Below, piece by piece: positions 49,654 to 58,662 of a stretch of 64,000 nucleotides of DNA. Under the pieces are notes generated by a model. That model saw only the letters and a program-made list of their open reading frames with translations, was not told where the DNA came from and made no database searches. The position numbers were made by a program, and so were the translations under genes. Each line of letters opens with the position of its first letter. The first letter of the stretch is position 1. The DNA is taken from the IMG/VR virus record IMGVR_UViG_3300044821_000131, positions 140,258 to 204,257 of that record; one strand, 5' to 3'.

Positions 49654-52248
49654 ATGATAATCGAAAAACTAATTGGTGACAACTGGGGTAAACACCGGCA
49701 CTTCGAATTTGAGAGCAACGGAAGCATCGTCGGTGTCGTCGGACCAAACGGGTCTGGCAAATCAACCGTACTGGACCTGGTCGAATTCCTGATAACCGGG
49801 CAGACCCGTGATAATCTGGATTCGTATGTCCGCAATCAGCAAGGCAACGGCGGCGGCTCCATGACCTTCGTGAAGAACGGTCAACGGGGAACCATCATGC
49901 GCCAGATCGGCTCCACCAAGAAGCGCGAACTCGTTTGGGGCGATCAGACGTTGAAGTCAGTCAAAGACGTGGACAAGCTGATGTCGGAAATATTCGGTGC
50001 TGATAAAAAGGCCTTGGCTAACTCGGTGTTCGTAAATCAAGGCACACTGCAAGATATCCTTTTTAAGGACGGCGTGGATAGAAGTCGAGCGTTCCTGCAG
50101 TTGGTCAATTTATCCTTCTGCGAGGCCCGGTCGCACATGGTGAATAGCCAGATCCAAATGATTTCTGGCACTGTGGTGGATCTAACCCCAGCACGGGATG
50201 AGGCGTCTGCTGCTCGTATGGACGCCTTGGGAACCATGAATCGCAAAAACATGGAGCTGTTGGCCTGCCCGAATCATGAGGCCGAGTTGACATACCTGCA
50301 CAATCTGTCCAAGGCCAACACGGAGCTCAATCTGCTGCAGCAACAGATCGGTGAGGCCCTTGTACAGAAGCAGAGCAAGCAAGCCGAGTTGGAGGTCAAA
50401 CTGGCAGGGGCCACGTTGGACCAACGTATTGCGGAGCTGGAGGAGACGCGACAGAATTTAGAGTCGGATAGGACCAAGTCCGACGATTATGGAAAAATCT
50501 TGGCTGAGTTAACGCATTACACCAGAGTGAGAACTGAGATTGATTGCATCACCCGACGCCAGATACAGGTAATGTCTGACTTGAGTTATGTTAATGCGGA
50601 TAGCTATACGGTGCAGCAGATCGAAGGTTTCATCAAAGACCTGAATGATGACATCAAGCTGCACGACAATCGGAAATCCATAACGGAAACGATCGCAGGC
50701 ATCGAATCCAACTTGACGCACTTGCACAATCAGTTGGGAATATTTCCGGTGCCTCCGGCGAGTCAAGATCAGCTGAATAAAGTGCAGCACGATTTGCAGT
50801 TGAAACGATCGTCGGTATCACAACTGTCACAGTACACAAGACTACAGGCCAAGATCAAAGGTCGGGTGAGTGCGAAGTCCGAATGTACCGGTGATTGTCC
50901 GGAATGTGGTCTCACCCTGATGGATATAAATCAATTAAACGATGAGTATCTTCAAGGTAAGACGGCAGAGATCGAGCTTTTGACTTCCGAGATAAAGGTT
51001 CTTGAGAAGCAACAGTCGGACTGGCTATCCGCATTGGCAGAATATAACCGAAAGAAAAATAATCTTGAAGGAAGCATCGAAAGTCAGAAACAGGCGAAGT
51101 TGAGAGAGCAGCAACGTCTGGCTGACATCAAGACAAAGTTTGACTACGAGGTGGCGAAAGAAGACGTACGAGCTTGGTCTGACATCCGGGAAAAGACAAA
51201 GGAACTTTTAACTGAGCAGAGCAATCTGGATACCCAGAAAGCGACGGCTATAAAATTACTGGACACGTTCCCATTGGGAGCGTCTAACTGGGAACGACGT
51301 TACGAATTTTCCGCCGCGGGACACAGTGATCTGTCCAGCCGCACCACCCACTGGTCCAATCTGTACAATCAGCGCAATCAGCAGTTGAGTCTGTCCAACA
51401 ACTTGGCCAGCCAAATCGAAACCATAACCCATAGTCTGGCCCAGATGCAAACGCGAGTCACCGAGGCGTCGGCGATCTTTAACGCCCCGGCGCCTGGTGT
51501 ACTGTCAGAGAAGTTGCAAGATACTAGTGTGTCCATGACCCAGGTGGAATCTGAACTGTCAGCCGCGGAGCACCACCGTATAAGTCTAAAGGGAGAAGTG
51601 AAAACAGCCGTAGAGGCATATCAGGCGGCCAATGTTCGCTTTCAAGACTTGGAACAACGAATTGCCCAGAACCGAGCAAAGCTAGACCTGTTAAATGATC
51701 TGCGGCGGTTAAAAGACCTGCTGGGTAACGACGGCATACCCATGATGTTTGTGCGGCACAAGTTTGAGAAGTTGGCGCAGCATACACAGGATGGGTTGCA
51801 GCAGATGAATGCGAACTTCTATATATTCATTGACAAGGATAAGGATTTGGAGTTCCTATTCCATCGTCTGGATGAGCCGACGAAGTTCGACCTGCCGATG
51901 TGCAAGTTGTCAGGCGGTCAACGCGTTCGCCTGTGCTTGGCATTTCTGATGGCTTTGCAGAAGACGCTGATCAAAGACATAGGTCTTCTGGTGTTGGATG
52001 AGCCGCTAGGCGGATTGGACATAAATGGTGTGGAACAAGTTATTGAATTTCTGAGTTTGATGAAACAGGAATTGAAGAATGCCGAACATCAAATCTGGAT
52101 CGTGGACCACAATTTCGCGATCGAGCAAGCATTGGAAAAAGAATTGAAATTAGGACAAGAACAAAATAATCATGAACAAGAAAACGCAGATCCAGCAGAA
52201 CAAGAAGTTGTCGCCGAAAGAATTGATCACGTTCATACGGAAGCCTGA
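49654..52248 (+). CDS. Rad50/SbcC-like SMC ATPase
   Basis: GPNGSGKST Walker A, VNQG Q-loop, coiled coils with central CPEC zinc hook, LSGGQ signature, LVLDEP Walker B, IVDH. Confidence 0.93.
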   Translation: MIIEKLIGDNWGKHRHFEFESNGSIVGVVGPNGSGKSTVLDLVEFLITGQTRDNLDSYVRNQQGNGGGSMTFVKNGQRGTIMRQIGSTKKRELVWGDQTLKSVKDVDKLMSEIFGADKKALANSVFVNQGTLQDILFKDGVDRSRAFLQLVNLSFCEARSHMVNSQIQMISGTVVDLTPARDEASAARMDALGTMNRKNMELLACPNHEAELTYLHNLSKANTELNLLQQQIGEALVQKQSKQAELEVKLAGATLDQRIAELEETRQNLESDRTKSDDYGKILAELTHYTRVRTEIDCITRRQIQVMSDLSYVNADSYTVQQIEGFIKDLNDDIKLHDNRKSITETIAGIESNLTHLHNQLGIFPVPPASQDQLNKVQHDLQLKRSSVSQLSQYTRLQAKIKGRVSAKSECTGDCPECGLTLMDINQLNDEYLQGKTAEIELLTSEIKVLEKQQSDWLSALAEYNRKKNNLEGSIESQKQAKLREQQRLADIKTKFDYEVAKEDVRAWSDIREKTKELLTEQSNLDTQKATAIKLLDTFPLGASNWERRYEFSAAGHSDLSSRTTHWSNLYNQRNQQLSLSNNLASQIETITHSLAQMQTRVTEASAIFNAPAPGVLSEKLQDTSVSMTQVESELSAAEHHRISLKGEVKTAVEAYQAANVRFQDLEQRIAQNRAKLDLLNDLRRLKDLLGNDGIPMMFVRHKFEKLAQHTQDGLQQMNANFYIFIDKDKDLEFLFHRLDEPTKFDLPMCKLSGGQRVRLCLAFLMALQKTLIKDIGLLVLDEPLGGLDINGVEQVIEFLSLMKQELKNAEHQIWIVDHNFAIEQALEKELKLGQEQNNHEQENADPAEQEVVAERIDHVHTEA

Positions 52249-52402
52249 AGTCGTTTGGTATGGACCGCACGCTTGTGAACGATGTGCTTGTAACGTCGTA
52301 AAATCATCGATTGAGTCCGGTGGTATAACGTTGGACTTCGAGTTTGATTCGCACTATCCGAATCATAAGTGGACTCAACATCAATGTGGTCAGCCGAAAT
52401 AA
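52172..52402 (+). CDS. Small Cys/His-containing hypothetical protein
   Basis: HACERC...HKWTQHQC; overlaps the Rad50 3' end by 77 nt. Confidence 0.45.
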   Translation: MNKKTQIQQNKKLSPKELITFIRKPEVVWYGPHACERCACNVVKSSIESGGITLDFEFDSHYPNHKWTQHQCGQPK

Positions 52403-52405
52403 CTT

Positions 52406-52903
52406 GTGTTAATTCTAGCGCGCCTGCGTCTAAACACGCCGATGCTTGGTGATATGACGCCAGGCCGAGACGGCATAAGACGCTTTCGAAAAGAGAGTTC
52501 TATGGTTCTCGTGAACGAGCAAGCGTGGCGCGGTCAGTTTGAACAGGCGGCGCGTGACGCTCGTATGCTGGTTAACATTAATGCAATCCTGCCACCGAGA
52601 ACCATACTGCCGGCCAGCTATCACATTTACACACGGCATTACTCACAGGTAAAAACGGATTACTTCGAATCGTTCCGAAAGGGTACCATACTGACCATGA
52701 TCTTCAGGATTGAGGAAACCATGGCCAAAGCACCGACCTTAGACCAGTTCACCACACTGTTATCGCTGGTAGGTACTTGGTTAGGGCTATCGCCTTGGGG
52801 TAGTAAATTTAATTTCGGACGATTCGAAGTATTGGACACACACGTGGTTGAGGAGAAAAATAATGAACAAAGCACCATTCAAACTGATTGTCAGTCGGAC
52901 TGA
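52406..52903 (+). CDS. Stand-alone RAMP superfamily (Cas7/Csm3/Csf2-like) protein
   Basis: RLRLNTPMLG (motif I), VLVNEQAWRGQFEQAA (SxxKG-like helix), FESFRKGTILTMIFRI, Gly loop LVGTWLGLSPWGSKFNFGRFEV; GTG start. Confidence 0.65.
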   Translation: MLILARLRLNTPMLGDMTPGRDGIRRFRKESSMVLVNEQAWRGQFEQAARDARMLVNINAILPPRTILPASYHIYTRHYSQVKTDYFESFRKGTILTMIFRIEETMAKAPTLDQFTTLLSLVGTWLGLSPWGSKFNFGRFEVLDTHVVEEKNNEQSTIQTDCQSD

Positions 52904-53144
52904 AGACAACGCACGACTGCATCTACTGATTCTTACCGATACTGAAGTCTTGCTAAACTTGGCCAACGCCGCGCAAGCACAAGACCTTGCTGGACACGTC
53001 ATCGATCTTGGAAAAGATTCGGACACAGGAATAGAGTCGATCTTACTGGAGGTTAAGTCTTCGGGAACACCCAACGGTAAGACAGCCTATTTCCGCGAGG
53101 TAGCACAACACGCAGATCGTATTGTGCATGTAGACACGCTATGA
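52863..53144 (+). CDS. Hypothetical protein
   Basis: 93 aa ORF between the RAMP and helicase genes. Confidence 0.45.
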   Translation: MNKAPFKLIVSRTEDNARLHLLILTDTEVLLNLANAAQAQDLAGHVIDLGKDSDTGIESILLEVKSSGTPNGKTAYFREVAQHADRIVHVDTL

Positions 53145-54598
53145 TCCGAATTACTTGGTACTCCGGAGAACTTGTAGTCTCAGACTCAGACCGCGCACCT
53201 GACGACGCCTGTCCCATTGAGTCGAAGTTGTATTACACGCACAAGAGCTTGGTACAGAATGAAGAGAAGCCTTGGATCCGAGATGTGACCAAAGAGAAGG
53301 TGAGCTTGGTACGGCCGCTCATGGGACAGCCGTGTCGAACGTTTGTATGTTATCAAGGACTTCTGGATCGGGTGCTCGACGCCTGCAAGAAAAAGAGACT
53401 GGCCTACGAGTTGATCGACGCGCGGGATCCGATGCCGGCGCCGCAGGTCAAGAACATGAAGGGATTCAGGAACGGGCAGTTCACCGCGGTGATTAATTTT
53501 CTGTCACCGAACCGCTCTGGAATATTAAAATGTCCTACCCGCTGGGGAAAAACGGTTGCACTTGTTAACGTAATCCGAGCCTATCCAAATACCCCGACAA
53601 TATTGGCGGCGCCTGGTGTTGACCTGATGCGGCAGCTGGTCGACGAATTGAAGGCCGCGTTGCCCGGGAGAACCATCACGGGACTGTTCACTGGATCGAA
53701 AGACAAGAATCAGTCGCAGGACATAACCGTGTGCAGTCTGGACTCGTTGGAAAAAATAAACCCAGATCACGTGCGGCTGCTGCTGATAGACGAACCACAC
53801 GCGATCGCAACGCCCTCCCGAATGTTAAATGTGGCCAAATTTAAGCACGCGCGCATCTACGGGTTCGGTGCAACAGTTGAAGGTAGATTCGATGGTGCCG
53901 ATATAATAACGGAAGGTTTGGTTGGTCCGGTCTTGTACGAGAGAACATTTCAACAGGCTGTGGCCGATGGAGCTATCTGTCCACTTGTAGTATACATGTT
54001 GAAACTGGAGTTCCCGACGTTCGAGTGTCAGAGCCGTGATCATGCCTATCGCTACCTTGTGTACAAGAATAAAGATCTGTGTGCCATCGTTCAAGAGATA
54101 GTGGCTTCCAAGATACCTGAGGATTGGCAGACTCTAATATTTGCCGATCAACAGAAGCAGGTGGATCTGATCAATCAGTTCGTCGAGTCTGGCGTCGGAG
54201 CGGTGGCGTCGCGGATGAATACGAAGGAGCGACGGGAAATGTTTGCGGCGATGAAAGCTGGAACGATCAAGCGCTGTGTGTCCACTAGCATCTACGCACA
54301 AGGTGTAACATTTCCGGACCTGCGGGTGATCATCAATACGTCGGGCGGTGGAGGCTCTATTACGGGTACGCAGAAGCCTGGACGTCTGGCGCAGATACGG
54401 CCAGGTAAGAAAGCCGGATATCTGGTGGATTTCCTGCTGGAACCGAAGGACTGGCATTTACGCGAGAATCAGAATTACGGACCTTTGGACAAGTGGTCAT
54501 CGGTGGTGTTCGATTGTCGTAATCGAATGAAAGTATATCAAGAAAACGGCTACGATGTACGCATTGTACGTTCGGTAGATGAAATCAATTTTGAATAA
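53141..54598 (+). CDS. Superfamily 2 helicase (UvsW/RadD-like)
   Basis: CPTRWGKT Walker A, LLIDEPH Walker B, GATVEG motif III, TSIYAQGVTFPDL motif V, QKPGRL motif VI. Confidence 0.9.
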   Translation: MIRITWYSGELVVSDSDRAPDDACPIESKLYYTHKSLVQNEEKPWIRDVTKEKVSLVRPLMGQPCRTFVCYQGLLDRVLDACKKKRLAYELIDARDPMPAPQVKNMKGFRNGQFTAVINFLSPNRSGILKCPTRWGKTVALVNVIRAYPNTPTILAAPGVDLMRQLVDELKAALPGRTITGLFTGSKDKNQSQDITVCSLDSLEKINPDHVRLLLIDEPHAIATPSRMLNVAKFKHARIYGFGATVEGRFDGADIITEGLVGPVLYERTFQQAVADGAICPLVVYMLKLEFPTFECQSRDHAYRYLVYKNKDLCAIVQEIVASKIPEDWQTLIFADQQKQVDLINQFVESGVGAVASRMNTKERREMFAAMKAGTIKRCVSTSIYAQGVTFPDLRVIINTSGGGGSITGTQKPGRLAQIRPGKKAGYLVDFLLEPKDWHLRENQNYGPLDKWSSVVFDCRNRMKVYQENGYDVRIVRSVDEINFE

Positions 54599-54600
54599 TT

Positions 54601-55077
54601 ATGGGCGATAGATTTTCGACGACTTTGGAAATAGGTGGTAAGTTGGAACGGTCGAAGTTGCATGAGTTGGTAGAAGCACTACGGTCCGATACTTACGGCC
54701 TTGACTGGGGTGATCCGGGCGCTGAGACCGAGTTCAGGGAATACATAGAACACGCATCTGAGAATACAGGCATTTTAAGTTTTCACTGCAGTGAATTGTC
54801 TCTTAGCAGTACGGCTACAACTGATTTTTGTGAAGAGAACAGACTGTCATATGTTACTTACCAAGAAGGAAAGCACGAATATGATGGCGATATAAGTTGG
54901 TGGCGTCCGGGAATGAAAATACCAAGAATTCACATGGCAGATCATGCAGGATCGAGGCCGGTTTTGGGTTTAAGTGAGCTGAAAAACTATAAGACCCGAG
55001 GTCTGACCTTGGCTGGTGTTATTAAAAACCTGCGGGCTGTTCCGCCCAAATTGCCGGTGTTTAAATTAATCCAATGA
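54601..55077 (+). CDS. Hypothetical protein
   Basis: 158 aa ORF. Confidence 0.55.
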   Translation: MGDRFSTTLEIGGKLERSKLHELVEALRSDTYGLDWGDPGAETEFREYIEHASENTGILSFHCSELSLSSTATTDFCEENRLSYVTYQEGKHEYDGDISWWRPGMKIPRIHMADHAGSRPVLGLSELKNYKTRGLTLAGVIKNLRAVPPKLPVFKLIQ

Positions 55078-55436
55078 CCACATTGTCTATAAAGGAACTT
55101 AGGCCCGACAGCATTCCGGAAGGAATGAAAGCGGTGGCCGATATCGCTACGCGGCACCTGACTGAAACTGACGGTAATCTCTTACGATGGAGTAAAACTA
55201 GCGCAAGAATTATAGGCTATGTGGGACCTACAGAATACGGATGGATGCTGGAGACAGCGCAGTACGATGAGGCTATGATGGACGCAGACTTGGGTCTCGC
55301 GGAAGACATCAAACGCAGCGGCATGTCAAAAACGTTTGTGGCCATAATGTCGGCTTTGTACAGACAGAACATCTACTATGTGTGCTTCGATACCGACGGG
55401 TACGAACTCGCCGAGTTTCCTATATTCGACTGGTAA
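55074..55436 (+). CDS. DUF5983-like hypothetical protein
   Basis: IATRHLT...TEYGW...VCFDTDG...FPIFDW pattern. Confidence 0.5.
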   Translation: MTTLSIKELRPDSIPEGMKAVADIATRHLTETDGNLLRWSKTSARIIGYVGPTEYGWMLETAQYDEAMMDADLGLAEDIKRSGMSKTFVAIMSALYRQNIYYVCFDTDGYELAEFPIFDW

Positions 55437-55438
55437 TT

Positions 55439-55603
55439 ATGACTACTGAGCAACTTGTAATGGATGCCAAATGTAGTTTGGGAAAAGCCTTGGACCTGAT
55501 ACTGGACGCAAAGTTTAACTTGGTAAAAGCGAATCATATGGCCAGCATCGATGCAGAAAAAGTGAGGGCCAAGCTGCTGTTGCTAATAAAAAAATTGAAA
55601 TGA
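55439..55603 (+). CDS. Small helical hypothetical protein
   Basis: 54 aa coupled ORF. Confidence 0.4.
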   Translation: MTTEQLVMDAKCSLGKALDLILDAKFNLVKANHMASIDAEKVRAKLLLLIKKLK

Positions 55604-55815
55604 GCGCTAAGGACACCGACTTTGAAATCATAAGTACATCAAAGCGAAAGCACATCGACGGATCCACATCCGGAGGTATCCAGGTAAAAGTTGATGGAAG
55701 AAAGTACAATGTGAAGTTTTCCAAGGATAGCAAAGGACACTCGGAACAGTGGGGTGCTCCAATGGAAGTGCTTATTAAGACTTACAAAACTTTCGAGCGT
55801 CTAATGGAACCATAA
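55600..55815 (+). CDS. Hypothetical protein
   Basis: 71 aa coupled ORF. Confidence 0.45.
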   Translation: MSAKDTDFEIISTSKRKHIDGSTSGGIQVKVDGRKYNVKFSKDSKGHSEQWGAPMEVLIKTYKTFERLMEP

Positions 55816-55816
55816 T

Positions 55817-56353
55817 ATGGAATTTATTAAACTTGAAGCAAATCCAAGCGATGCGCCGGGCTGCGTTAAACTCGTGGCAGAGGACGGACGATCGCGCTTG
55901 ATTCAAACGGATTGGGACTGGCCGGGAATAGCGAGAGCCTTCGGTTGGAGCACGGAACACTGTTTTCGTAAATCTACGCTATTCTTTGATCCTGAAGTTA
56001 GTACCAGTTGTTCCGGATATGATCTTACGGACGGGACAATCGATTGTCCAACCTGCAAAAAATCCGCATCGTCGTTTATCGAAGAAGCTCGGCAGTATAT
56101 TGACGACCATGATGGTGACGAGATCGAAGATCCGGGATATTTAGATGGAGTGGATGAGGTAGAACCCGAACTGACAGTTCGGGACATTACGGATGATGAG
56201 TTCGACGACATCCTCCACGACCTGGTAGCTAAGATGTCGGCCTCGACGATTCTGAGCTACGGCGACGTCTATGTGATCTTGAGGGAGGAGCTCAACAACG
56301 AGGTGCTGGAGGTTTGGGAAAGGCGGCAAAAAGATGGACCAAGAAAAGTTTGA
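55817..56353 (+). CDS. Acidic hypothetical protein
   Basis: 178 aa with CPTC. Confidence 0.55.
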   Translation: MEFIKLEANPSDAPGCVKLVAEDGRSRLIQTDWDWPGIARAFGWSTEHCFRKSTLFFDPEVSTSCSGYDLTDGTIDCPTCKKSASSFIEEARQYIDDHDGDEIEDPGYLDGVDEVEPELTVRDITDDEFDDILHDLVAKMSASTILSYGDVYVILREELNNEVLEVWERRQKDGPRKV

Positions 56354-56531
56354 TCCGGTCTGCCTTATTCACGGTAAGCGCGCGTCCGAACACTATTGCC
56401 TCTACTGTTGCCTGTGCTTCAAACCATTGACGATCGAGGAGTGCCATGTGCTGCCGGATGGTAAGAAAGAGGACGTATGCAATGAATGCGCCGCCGAAGA
56501 GGCGCGCATCTGGAAACAACTCAAAACCTAA
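56334..56531 (+). CDS. Small zinc-finger protein
   Basis: CLIH, CLYCCLC and CNEC. Confidence 0.55.
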   Translation: MDQEKFDPVCLIHGKRASEHYCLYCCLCFKPLTIEECHVLPDGKKEDVCNECAAEEARIWKQLKT

Positions 56532-56534
56532 CAC

Positions 56535-56747
56535 ATGAAACAATACTTGGTAAGATTACCAATAACTGGAGTGGTGGAAGTATATGTCGAAGCCGAGAGC
56601 GAAGACGATGCCATAGATAACGCGTTGGAAACAGATATCACGATAGACGATATTGTCGAGTGGGACATCTGTCGGCAAATAGTACAGGGCAATGTTTTCC
56701 ACGGAAGGATGAATGCTGCTGAAGTGGTGAACGGCGAAGAGGACTAA
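56535..56747 (+). CDS. Small acidic protein (VEAESE..A motif)
   Basis: VEVYVEAESEDDAIDNA. Confidence 0.55.
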   Translation: MKQYLVRLPITGVVEVYVEAESEDDAIDNALETDITIDDIVEWDICRQIVQGNVFHGRMNAAEVVNGEED

Positions 56748-56752
56748 AGTTC

Positions 56753-57328
56753 ATGGACCCAGATATTCAGAACATCGCGTCCGAGATAAAAAAATACTTC
56801 TACGACTTCAAACGGCAACAAATAGGAAAAGCCTATTCCCCGTCCGAACGTATGCGTCGACCAGCCATCTGGGCCGCCGCAGCAGAGCTCTGCGTAGAGT
56901 TGAAGGCCGATCCGTTTGCCTTCGTCAAAGCCGCCTTCATGTTTAATAACGTTCCCGGTGGTCCGTACCCGACACAGATCACCGGGCGTGCTGCCGATAA
57001 ATGGTATCGTCAGTACGTGCAGCTGAACGACGCAAAAGGTCTGACGCTGCTGGAGGTAACGGAGAAGGAGGTCAAGAACGTCATGTCGCACGCGTTGCAG
57101 GTCGTCGCCAGTCAAAGTCGGCGTTCATGGAAAGATTTGTTGATGGACGCCTATGAAGTACGGCAGGATATTGTGCCGGCCTACGCCAGAATTTTCATGT
57201 TTCCGACTGATAAGGATATTTTAAACCAGTGGGGCAAATTGGCCACTGAAGAGTTAAACAGCAATCCCAAGCTGATCGAATGCGTTCAGCGTCTGGGATA
57301 CAATACGGATTTTACTAATGGCTACTGA
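56753..57328 (+). CDS. Hypothetical protein
   Basis: 191 aa ORF. Confidence 0.55.
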   Translation: MDPDIQNIASEIKKYFYDFKRQQIGKAYSPSERMRRPAIWAAAAELCVELKADPFAFVKAAFMFNNVPGGPYPTQITGRAADKWYRQYVQLNDAKGLTLLEVTEKEVKNVMSHALQVVASQSRRSWKDLLMDAYEVRQDIVPAYARIFMFPTDKDILNQWGKLATEELNSNPKLIECVQRLGYNTDFTNGY

Positions 57329-57695
57329 AGAGTGTAATGTCCAACTGGACAAGCAGTATATCAATACCGCCGCAGTGCGCAGAAAATTGTTGTTGTTATC
57401 GAAAGAGAAACGTGCCGGCAAATTCAAGCGGGTAAGCGAACAGACGCTGCAGAACGTCAACACGGAAGTTCGTTTAATCGTCGAGCGGATACTTAGAGAA
57501 TACAAACCCGAACACTACAAGACCCAATTGATCAACCGATCAGTAATCAAGGCTTTGTTGGAGGAACGCGCCACGGACAATAGCGTTCCGAAGTTCAAGG
57601 TCACACCGGGAATGTTGGTTAACATTGACAAGCAGCTTCACACATATCTCGACGGTGTAGTTCATCGTCAACCCAGTGTTGGAAAAACGTTATGA
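57318..57695 (+). CDS. Tandem (doublet) histone-fold-like protein
   Basis: Two ~56-aa internal repeats: INTAAVRRKL..RVS..long helix..PEHYKT and INRSVIKAL..KVT..long helix..PSVGKT; basic composition. Confidence 0.6.
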   Translation: MATEECNVQLDKQYINTAAVRRKLLLLSKEKRAGKFKRVSEQTLQNVNTEVRLIVERILREYKPEHYKTQLINRSVIKALLEERATDNSVPKFKVTPGMLVNIDKQLHTYLDGVVHRQPSVGKTL

Positions 57696-58042
57696 GCGAA
57701 AACAAACCGTTGGTTTATCTGGCTGTACCTTATTCCCATCCCGATCCGAGTGTCAGGCAATGGCGTTTCGAACGTGTAAATTTGGCGGCGGCGAAATTGA
57801 TGCGCCAAGGCCTGAATATATTTTCACCCATCAGCCATACACATCCGATATCTGAGGCTGGGGATCTGCCGAAAGGTTGGGAATTCTGGGAGGCGTTTGA
57901 TCGGGCATATCTTACCTGTTGCAACAAATTGATCGTGCTCAAACTGGCCGGATGGCAAGAGAGCGTCGGAGTGACCAGCGAAATCGACATTGCCCGGGAG
58001 CTTGGCATCCCGGTGGAGTTTATCGAAGATGAACAAGGATGA
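57692..58042 (+). CDS. DUF1937 / nucleoside 2-deoxyribosyltransferase-like protein
   Basis: VYLAVPYSHPD, FSPISHTHPI, W..SVGVTSEIDIARELGIPV. Confidence 0.8.
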   Translation: MSENKPLVYLAVPYSHPDPSVRQWRFERVNLAAAKLMRQGLNIFSPISHTHPISEAGDLPKGWEFWEAFDRAYLTCCNKLIVLKLAGWQESVGVTSEIDIARELGIPVEFIEDEQG

Positions 58043-58223
58043 ATTACTTCTGGTGACCGATCTTTATTGGGAAGCCCGAGATGCTTACGTGCCCCAAAGC
58101 GGTGATCATAAACACTTAAAGGAAGCGCTACTAGGTGTGTTGGATTTGATCTACCGCGAGGGCGCTATGGACGCGAACACTAGAGATAAAGAGTATAAAT
58201 CATTAAACGAATATTATGACTGA
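58029..58223 (+). CDS. Hypothetical protein
   Basis: Small coupled ORF. Confidence 0.4.
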   Translation: MNKDELLLVTDLYWEARDAYVPQSGDHKHLKEALLGVLDLIYREGAMDANTRDKEYKSLNEYYD

Positions 58224-58662
58224 TGCAAAATTAAAAGAGCGAACGCCCTTGTCTTGGAAAGCCGTTCGTAGAGGTGATATTTATTGTGCGCCTGCCTGCG
58301 GTCGCGGATGCACTTGGAAGGAATACACCAGAGCCACAATCGAAGCCAAGGCCATAATTACCGCGATGAAGACTAAGGGGTGGCGTGCCGAAGTTACTGA
58401 GAACCTCGGATGGTATTGGTGCTTAACTAACGACTTTTGTGGCATATCGCTTCATGTACACGAACACTACGGGGTGCCTAAATATTGGTGTCTGATGGCG
58501 GGTGGAGACGTGACAAATGCCACAAGCGGCAGTTATGATTTCCATTCAGACAAAAGCTTTCGGGATCCGAATCGAGCTGTGGCGCATCAGATCAAAATAG
58601 CCACAAGGTTTTTCGAATCGCACGATCGAGCGCGTAAAAACATGTTGTCGATCTTGCCATGA
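58216..58662 (+). CDS. Hypothetical protein
   Basis: YCAPACGRGC; 148 aa. Confidence 0.55.
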   Translation: MTDAKLKERTPLSWKAVRRGDIYCAPACGRGCTWKEYTRATIEAKAIITAMKTKGWRAEVTENLGWYWCLTNDFCGISLHVHEHYGVPKYWCLMAGGDVTNATSGSYDFHSDKSFRDPNRAVAHQIKIATRFFESHDRARKNMLSILP

